IMG/VR virus record: IMGVR_UViG_3300008963_000001
Coordinates: 32,001 to 96,000 of that record
Direction: 5' to 3' (one strand)
Origin: a virus
DNA length: 64,000 nucleotides
In this document: positions 29,254 to 35,280 of the stretch, in pieces
Layout of the letters: every line of letters starts with the position of its first letter
Numbering within the stretch: the stretch's first letter is position 1
Notes under the pieces: generated by a model
The model's database searches: none
What the model was told of the DNA's origin: nothing
What the model saw: the letters and a program-made list of their open reading frames with translations, nothing else
Position numbers and translations under genes: made by a program

Positions 29254-30102
29254 ATGACCAGAAGAGTAAAGTATCTAAACAATCGTGATCTACTAAAAGA
29301 AATACACAAAAGCAAAACTACTTATTGTAGTTACATCCAGCCTGAATATCATCAATTTGATATTATTGTTCCCAGTATCGACAAGATCAACATAAGAACA
29401 ACAGCAGAAGCCAAAAGAAATCAAGCCGCAAGAATTGCAAAAGCAAATTGGGAAGCTGCTTGCGAACAGGTTACCTCAGGCAAAAAACCTAGTCAAAAAG
29501 AATTCGAAATCGATTATAAAAAAATCAAAAAACAAGACGTAGTATTTCGTGTAATGACCTTTGAGCACATTCCGCTTGCGCCTGGACGCAAGAAAACAGT
29601 CAAGACCGTTGCAGACGCACACGAAAAAGTTAACTTTCCTCCCTTTCAGCACTGGAAGTTTGACGAAAACGATAACCTAATATGCGTGGGCAAAAGCCAC
29701 TGGAAAGGCGACGTTCACAATGGTGAATTTTCTAAAACACACGGACACACCACAGAAGAACTTGCAAAAATGTGGATGAAACTGTGTGAACGTTATGCTA
29801 CCAGAGGCAATGTGCGTGGCTATACCTATAACGATGAGATGCGCGGTCAAGCAATACTTCAGCTTACACAAATCGGTCTACAGTTTGACGAAAGCAAATC
29901 TGACAATCCGTTTGCATACTATACCGCAGCAGTTACCAACAGTTTTGTGAGAATCATTAATATTGAAAAACGAAATCAATCAATCAGAGACGACATATTG
30001 GAAATGAACGGCATGAATCCAAGCTGGACTAGACAAAACGAAGGAAGAGACAACGGCCTAGAACAGCCCCGCGCTATCTATCAGGGCAAAGAGGACAGTT
30101 GA
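29254..30102 (+). CDS. gp55: Late-transcription sigma factor, T4 gp55-like (about 282 aa)
   Basis: 'KYLNNRDLLKEIHKSK' and 'GYTYNDEMRGQAILQLTQIGLQFDESKSDNPFAYYTAAVTNSFVRIINIEKR' match gp55. AAGGAGA RBS supports ATG 29254 over 29218. Directly upstream of gp47-gp46, as in T4-like phages. Confidence 0.85.
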   Translation: MTRRVKYLNNRDLLKEIHKSKTTYCSYIQPEYHQFDIIVPSIDKINIRTTAEAKRNQAARIAKANWEAACEQVTSGKKPSQKEFEIDYKKIKKQDVVFRVMTFEHIPLAPGRKKTVKTVADAHEKVNFPPFQHWKFDENDNLICVGKSHWKGDVHNGEFSKTHGHTTEELAKMWMKLCERYATRGNVRGYTYNDEMRGQAILQLTQIGLQFDESKSDNPFAYYTAAVTNSFVRIINIEKRNQSIRDDILEMNGMNPSWTRQNEGRDNGLEQPRAIYQGKEDS

Positions 30103-30127
30103 CATATGATCGTTGATATTGTATTAT
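30099..30127 (+). promoter_or_regulatory. Host sigma70-type promoter for gp47-gp46
   Basis: TTGACA (30099-30104), 17-nt spacer, TATTAT (30122-30127). Confidence 0.75.
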
Positions 30128-30142
30128 ACATGTGGAGGATTT

Positions 30143-31153
30143 ATGTCACTGTTTAAAAAAGCCGCATGTTTTACCGACATACACTTTGGTATGAAAAACG
30201 GCAGTCGCATTCATAATTCAGATTGTGAAGAATTTGTCAAATGGTTTTGCGAACAGGCAAAACAGGAAGGTTGCGAGACCTGTATCTTTCTAGGCGATTG
30301 GCATCACAACAGAAGTAGTGTGGATGTCAGTACTATGAACTATTCTGTGTCGAATCTCGAAAGATTGAGTAAATCATTTACAGATGTGTATGTAATACTA
30401 GGCAACCACGACGAATATTACAAAGACAAGAGAGAAATACATTCGGTTGAATTTGCAAGACTGTTTCCCAACGTCCACCTAGTAAACGAAATTTTCACTG
30501 ACGGCGATGTAAGCATTGTACCGTGGCTGGTAGGCGATGAGTGGCAAGAAATCTCTAAAATCCAATCTCGTTATATTTTTGGTCATTTTGAACTGCCCAG
30601 CTTTTACATGAACGCAATGGTACAGATGCCTGATCACGGCAGCTTGCGAGCAAGCCACTTTCAGAATCAAGAATATGTGTTTACAGGTCACTTTCACAAG
30701 CGTCAGCAGAGAAACAATATTGTGTACATGGGCAATGCATTTCCTCACAACTATGCAGACGCCGGCGACGACGAACGCGGTATGATGATTTTAGAGTGGG
30801 GCAAGGAGCCTGTGTATCGTGCATGGCCCGATCAGCCCAAATATCGTGTGTACAAACTGAGCCAAATACTGGAAAAGCCAGATGAACTGCTGTTCCCAAA
30901 AATGCACTGCCGTGCAACTATTGATGTAGAATTGAGCTTTGAAGAAGCCAACTTTATCAAAGAACAGTTTATTCCGCAATATGATCTACGAGAGTTACAG
31001 ATGATTCCAGAGAAAGTTGAGGTGGATTCGCAGACCGCAGTAGTTGACATGAATTTTGAAAGCGTTGACACTATTGTTATGAATTCTCTCACAAGTCTTG
31101 ACACAGAAAGTTATGATCATAAACTGTTATTGGATCTATACAAAGACCTATGA
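30143..31153 (+). CDS. gp47: Recombination endonuclease, Mre11/SbcD-like
   Basis: Phosphoesterase motifs 'FTDIHFG', 'FLGDWHH', 'ILGNHD', 'FGHFE', 'FTGHFH'. GGAGG RBS before ATG 30143. Confidence 0.95.
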   Translation: MSLFKKAACFTDIHFGMKNGSRIHNSDCEEFVKWFCEQAKQEGCETCIFLGDWHHNRSSVDVSTMNYSVSNLERLSKSFTDVYVILGNHDEYYKDKREIHSVEFARLFPNVHLVNEIFTDGDVSIVPWLVGDEWQEISKIQSRYIFGHFELPSFYMNAMVQMPDHGSLRASHFQNQEYVFTGHFHKRQQRNNIVYMGNAFPHNYADAGDDERGMMILEWGKEPVYRAWPDQPKYRVYKLSQILEKPDELLFPKMHCRATIDVELSFEEANFIKEQFIPQYDLRELQMIPEKVEVDSQTAVVDMNFESVDTIVMNSLTSLDTESYDHKLLLDLYKDL

Positions 31154-32925
31154 TTAAAATAAAAAATCTAACCGTACAGAATTTCATGAGCGTTGGAAAT
31201 CAGACGCAGGCCATTGACTTTGATCGAGGACACCTTACATTGGTGTTAGGCGAAAATCTCGATCTCGGCGGAGACGATGGTGGCAATCGCAACGGCACTG
31301 GCAAAACAACTATAGTTAACAGTTTGAGCTATGCGCTGTATGGTCAGGCTCTTACAAATATTAAAAAAGATAATCTAGTAAACAAAATCAACAACAAGCA
31401 CATGCTTGTGACCTGTACTTTTGAAAAAGACGGTGTTGAATATCACATTGAACGCGGCCGTAGGCCTAATGTATTAAAACTAAAAATTAACGGGCACGAT
31501 CAAGTGCCAGAAGACAGCGACGAAAGCCAAGGCGACAGTCGAGAAACACAAAAAGCCATTGAAGATATCATAGGCATGAGTCACATGATGTTCAAACATC
31601 TTGTAGCTCTCAACACCTATACTGAACCGTTTCTTTCGATGCGAGCTAACGATCAGCGCGATATCATCGAGCAGTTGCTTGGCATAACCATGCTGTCTGA
31701 AAAAGCAGAAAAGCTGAAAGAAAACAATAAGTTTATCAAAGACGAAATCAAGACCGAAACTGCTAAAATAGACGCAATCAAAAGCAGCAACGATAAGATT
31801 CTAGAATCGATTCACGGCCTCGAAAGAAAACAAAAAATTTGGAACGACAACAAAACACGCGACCTTAACGATATCGAAGTGGCTATAGAAAAACTGGCTC
31901 ATATAGACATCGAACAAGAAATTGAAAATCAACGTTTGTTAACAGAATGGCGAGAGCGCAAGCGAGAACGAGAAAACATCGAAAGCATGCTGGCTAGACA
32001 AAATACTTCGGTTGAAAGGAGTCAGCGTCAACTGGAAAAATTAGAATCAGAACTTGTTCAATTAAAGCAGAAAACCTGCCATGCTTGCGGACAAGAGCTG
32101 CATGACGACACGCACCGAGAGCTTTTAGATCGAAAACAAGCGCAGATCGATGAGCTTGTACAGCAATTAAACACAGAAACAACGGAAGTTAAGGATTTAG
32201 AAACTGCGCTTGTTGAAATTGGAGATCTAGGAGCATGTCCTAGCGTTGATTATGATTCTTTAGAGGAAGCATTAAATCACAGAAGCACGCTCGAAAGCTT
32301 GCAAAAAGAGTTTATGCAGAAAGACAAAGAAACTAATCCGTACGACGATCAAATTAAAGAGCTACAGGACACTGCTTTACAGGAAATCAGTTGGGAAGCG
32401 GTAAACGAACTCACAAGAATCAAAGATCATCAAGAATTCCTATTAAAACTGTTGACTAACAAAGACAGTTTCTTGCGTAAAAAGATTATTGATCAAAATC
32501 TTGCGTTCTTAAATCAACGATTGACTTACTATCTCAGCAGAGTGGGTTTACCGCACGTAGTAGAATTCCAAAATGATCTCAGCGTAATCATAACACAGCT
32601 AGGTCAGGATTTGGATTTCGACAACCTCAGCAGAGGAGAGCGCAATCGTTTGATTCTCAGTCTCAGCTGGGCATTCCGAGATGTATGGGAAAACCTCTAT
32701 CACGGTATAAATCTGCTGTTTATTGACGAGTTAGTCGACAGCGGCATGGATGCGAGCGGTGTTGAGAATTCAATAGGTGTTCTCAAGAAGATGTCTAGAG
32801 AAAGAGAGAAAAATGTATTCTTAATCAGTCATCGTGACGATCTTGTCAGCAGAGTGAACCAGGTGTTGAAAGTCATAAAAGAAAACGGATTTACATCGTA
32901 TTCAACGGATGTAGATATTGTATAA
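31150..32925 (+). CDS. gp46: Recombination ATPase, Rad50/SbcC-like (591 aa)
   Basis: Walker A 'NGTGKTT', zinc hook 'CHAC', signature 'LSRGE', Walker B 'LLFIDE', H-loop 'ISH', and a coiled coil. Confidence 0.95.
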   Translation: MIKIKNLTVQNFMSVGNQTQAIDFDRGHLTLVLGENLDLGGDDGGNRNGTGKTTIVNSLSYALYGQALTNIKKDNLVNKINNKHMLVTCTFEKDGVEYHIERGRRPNVLKLKINGHDQVPEDSDESQGDSRETQKAIEDIIGMSHMMFKHLVALNTYTEPFLSMRANDQRDIIEQLLGITMLSEKAEKLKENNKFIKDEIKTETAKIDAIKSSNDKILESIHGLERKQKIWNDNKTRDLNDIEVAIEKLAHIDIEQEIENQRLLTEWRERKRERENIESMLARQNTSVERSQRQLEKLESELVQLKQKTCHACGQELHDDTHRELLDRKQAQIDELVQQLNTETTEVKDLETALVEIGDLGACPSVDYDSLEEALNHRSTLESLQKEFMQKDKETNPYDDQIKELQDTALQEISWEAVNELTRIKDHQEFLLKLLTNKDSFLRKKIIDQNLAFLNQRLTYYLSRVGLPHVVEFQNDLSVIITQLGQDLDFDNLSRGERNRLILSLSWAFRDVWENLYHGINLLFIDELVDSGMDASGVENSIGVLKKMSREREKNVFLISHRDDLVSRVNQVLKVIKENGFTSYSTDVDIV

Positions 32926-33195
32926 ATGAGCACAGAAAGCCACGACAAAATGATCGAAGCATTCCAGCAATACTTCAAGTGGCAAACTAATTTTGAATAT
33001 AAAGGCTCTGACGAAGCAGGTATCAAGGCACGTTATTGGCTATCACAGATACGCAACTGTGCGTCCGAACGCAGAAAAGAAATACAGGCAAAGCGAGAAC
33101 AACGAAAGGCAGCCAGAAAAGGCATGATAGGAAGGCCGAAACAAGTAAGTAAGTCTGATGACAAAGTGGACATATCGGGGAAAGGAAATCAATGA
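32926..33195 (+). CDS. Small basic protein, histone H1-like Hc1 family-like (89 aa)
   Basis: 'KGSDEAGIKARYWLSQIRNCASERRKEIQ' resembles the Hc1-like 'KGNKAAGTRARKAL..I...R..I' pattern. K/R-rich tail. Confidence 0.6.
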   Translation: MSTESHDKMIEAFQQYFKWQTNFEYKGSDEAGIKARYWLSQIRNCASERRKEIQAKREQRKAARKGMIGRPKQVSKSDDKVDISGKGNQ

Positions 33196-33613
33196 GCTTC
33201 CAAACGAGTGCGAAGGCTTTGTCTATCTTATCACTAATCTTACCAACAATAAAAAATACATAGGCAAAAAACTAGCACGTTTTAAAACTTCAAAACCACC
33301 TCTCAAAGGCAAAAAAAATCGCAGGCGCGGATATAAAGAAAGTGACTGGAGAGACTATTGGGGATCTTCAGATCATCTTTTAGCAGATGTAGAAACACTA
33401 GGCCCCGAAAAATTTACTAGAGAAATTTTACATTTTTGTCCCAGCAGAGGCGTCTTATCATATCTAGAGGCTAAAGAACAGTTTGACAGGCGAGTATTAG
33501 AAACCGACGAGTATTACAACGGTATAATCAATGTTCGCGTAGGCAGTTCAAGGCAACTTTCAGAAACACTACAACAAATATATGGAAATCGTCCACCGCA
33601 GTTGGACGATTAA
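33158..33613 (+). CDS. Small GIY-YIG endonuclease (151 aa)
   Basis: 'GFVYLITNLTNNKKYIGKK', then 'YWGSS', 'FTREIL', 'YLEAKEQ' and 'YYN', the GIY-YIG catalytic pattern. Confidence 0.85.
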   Translation: MTKWTYRGKEINELPNECEGFVYLITNLTNNKKYIGKKLARFKTSKPPLKGKKNRRRGYKESDWRDYWGSSDHLLADVETLGPEKFTREILHFCPSRGVLSYLEAKEQFDRRVLETDEYYNGIINVRVGSSRQLSETLQQIYGNRPPQLDD

Positions 33614-34085
33614 CACCGTCAATTAAGCCCCCACCGGCGCTGTTATGGTGGACTTAGACCTGGCCAGCTACGTGAGCACAGGGAATTGAATTTCCGTTTG
33701 GCGGCGGAGACTCGCATCACTACCCGAAAGGATGATGATTGGATATGCCTAATTAACCAATTTGATGCGTTTATAGAAGAATTCATTCGAGGCTAAGGAC
33801 GAGATAATCAAATCTCAGGTTTTGTATGCAAGACAGCATTTGTGTACAAGGCTGCCGTTGGACATAAGAAACTCTATCGGAACGAGCAGGTACCGGCCAA
33901 CCGCCTGTGAGGTGTGCTATAAAGAAAGTGCATTACAGTTGTATGCATTGTTTATAAAACATCATAGTTCCAATGCTGTGGTGACTGTGCTACTCAGATA
34001 ATGCGCAGAACAGTGAGCCCCGCAACGGGCTCTATGTGACCGCTTAATCTAGATAATACTTAAACTGCTTCGCAGTTAGAATATT
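33614..34085 (+). ncRNA. Candidate large structured ncRNA of about 470-520 nt (ROOL/GOLLD-like class); family, strand and ends unverified
   Basis: No ORF of 60 aa or more, in an otherwise densely coding genome. Many hairpins: 33624-33656, 33715-33737 (GAAA loop), 33801-33816, 33822-33849, 33887-33907, 34015-34032 and aactgc-ttc-gcagtt near 34063-34077. Confidence 0.65.
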
Positions 34086-34122
34086 GTTTCATTAAAAAAG
34101 CATTGAGCGCAAGCGAAAATGC

Positions 34123-34142
34123 AAACGATCTTTAGATCGTTT
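34123..34142. terminator. Perfect inverted repeat between convergent units; probable (bidirectional) terminator
   Basis: AAACGATC-TTTA-GATCGTTT, an 8-bp stem abutting the tandem stop codons of the minus-strand gp51-like ORF. Confidence 0.5.
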
Positions 34143-34143
34143 A

Positions 34144-34317
34144 TTAAAAGAAAGGCATCTGTGTTTTCTTTGTTGTTTCCAAATTGTCTTTGATTATCTC
34201 TGAAACAATTTGTCTTTCTTCGTAGCTCATATTCATGCCCTCGCTATAGGATAGTCCTCTCATATACCAACACATTTTAAGAACTTCCTTTTTGATGTTC
34301 CGAACATCTTTATCCAT
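34144..34317 (-). CDS. gp51-like/GT-type tail chaperone C-terminal ORF (57 aa from ATG; frame open from 34377 as a -1 extension of gp26)
   Basis: Manual translation: MDKDVRNIKKEVLKMCWYMRGLSYSEGMNMSYEERQIVSEIIKDNLETTKKTQMPFF. The 'SYSEGMNMSYEER' segment resembles the gp51/GT helical motif. Below the ORF-track size cutoff. Confidence 0.75.
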   Translation of the reverse strand: MDKDVRNIKKEVLKMCWYMRGLSYSEGMNMSYEERQIVSEIIKDNLETTKKTQMPFF

Positions 34318-34355
34318 ATTTTTAGCGATCTCTTGGATCTCTGATTCCGGAAGTC

Positions 34356-35213
34356 TCAGGATCCTGGCGCGAAAAAAGTCGTTTGATCCATTGTTACAGG
34401 CATGTCATAGTTGTGCTCACAGGAATTACAGGTTACAGGAATAACTTTAGCGCCACCGTTGCCTTTCATGTTTGTGATGTGATCTGAAATAGTTTGAAAC
34501 ACTTCTTTGTCTGCGTTGTTTACGAACTCTTGTATCATGTCTGGATCACTGACAGAACCTTGAGGCGTTTGTATTTCTCGAATACAACCTGCTATAACAT
34601 CTACGGTCATTGCGGTAAGTTTTACAAAGCTCTCGCCGAACATTTCTATTTTTTGCTCGTCTGAAATGGTATCGTCGTTGATCACACTGAAAATTCTCTG
34701 CTGCTCGAACGTTTTGAGATTGGTTTTTGTTATTTCGCTGTAGGAGTATGGCTTTATGTGGATAGTAAGTTCGTCCAGTTGTATTACTGATTGATACTGG
34801 AACTGAGCAGTTTCCGCCAGCCAATTTGTGAGATTGATAGCAAATTCGTTGTCTGCTTCGCATGAAGGACAAGTACTGCTTACTTCCATGTCTTCGCCGT
34901 AGGTTGCGATTCTTATGGCTATAAGAGCGGCATCTACGTCGATTGACGGCATCTGCCACGGGTCTTTTATAGCTGGGATGCAGCTTTTGATTACTTCTAC
35001 AGTGCTTTGTCCGCTGAGTAGTGCGTCGGGTGTCTTAAACATCAATTCGTCTTTTGCAGTCATTGCAAAAACTGCATATTTCCCGTCCTGAGACAGATCC
35101 AATGTGCCTTCTGGATAGAATTCTCCTCGGCTGGGTAGATCAATATAGATCTTAGGCTGTCTATAATACTGTGCTAGCGGGTTGGGGTTTGTCAGTCCTT
35201 CAAATTCGGCCAT
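34356..35213 (-). CDS. gp26: Baseplate hub assembly/tail chaperone, T4 gp26-like (about 285 aa)
   Basis: 'QPKIYIDLPSRGEFY...AMTAKDELMFK...IDVDAALIAIRIATYGE...CPSC...CNSC' is the gp26 pattern. GGAGA RBS supports ATG 35213. Confidence 0.85.
   Translation of the reverse strand: MAEFEGLTNPNPLAQYYRQPKIYIDLPSRGEFYPEGTLDLSQDGKYAVFAMTAKDELMFKTPDALLSGQSTVEVIKSCIPAIKDPWQMPSIDVDAALIAIRIATYGEDMEVSSTCPSCEADNEFAINLTNWLAETAQFQYQSVIQLDELTIHIKPYSYSEITKTNLKTFEQQRIFSVINDDTISDEQKIEMFGESFVKLTAMTVDVIAGCIREIQTPQGSVSDPDMIQEFVNNADKEVFQTISDHITNMKGNGGAKVIPVTCNSCEHNYDMPVTMDQTTFFAPGS
34371..34377 (-). other. Putative programmed -1 frameshift heptamer T TTT TTC
   Basis: Minus strand reads ACG ACT TTT TTC GCG CCA GGA TCC TGA. 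The -1 frame is open for 77 sense codons through the gp51-like ORF. Confidence 0.7.
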
Positions 35214-35224
35214 TGTTATCTCCA

Positions 35225-35231
35225 ATAAATA
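35225..35231 (+). promoter_or_regulatory. Late promoter for the tape measure/portal unit
   Basis: ATAAATA in the divergent intergenic region. Confidence 0.55.
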
Positions 35232-35247
35232 AGTAAGCTATAACAAA

Positions 35248-35255
35248 TATTTATA
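35248..35255 (-). promoter_or_regulatory. T4-type late promoter for gp26
   Basis: Exact TATAAATA on the minus strand, about 35 nt upstream of ATG 35213. Confidence 0.75.
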
Positions 35256-35280
35256 TGCGCAGATTATGGGTTTTTAATTA

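Noticed and set aside
28529-29257. 242-aa antisense ORF, and similar shadow ORFs (37329..37862, 40775..41098, 41159..41485 and most 60-140 aa track entries)
   Set aside because: They are fully antisense or out of frame to well-supported genes, low-complexity, and without RBS or motifs; expected by-products of codon bias.
29218-30142. ORF-track starts at 29218 and 30113 (and likewise 35225 for gp26)
   Set aside because: Downstream ATGs (29254, 30143, 35213) have clear Shine-Dalgarno sequences and fit the family N-termini better.
33614-34143. Group I or group II intron associated with the GIY-YIG nuclease
   Set aside because: No interrupted host gene (the downstream gene is convergent and complete). 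I found no recognisable P7 R/S elements or domain V.
33614-34143. tRNA, tmRNA or RNase P RNA
   Set aside because: No cloverleaf with a TTCGA T-loop or CCA end, no tmRNA termini, and no GAGGAAAGUCC-type region. Only weak fragments (CAGATAATG, CCGCTTA) resemble RNase P.
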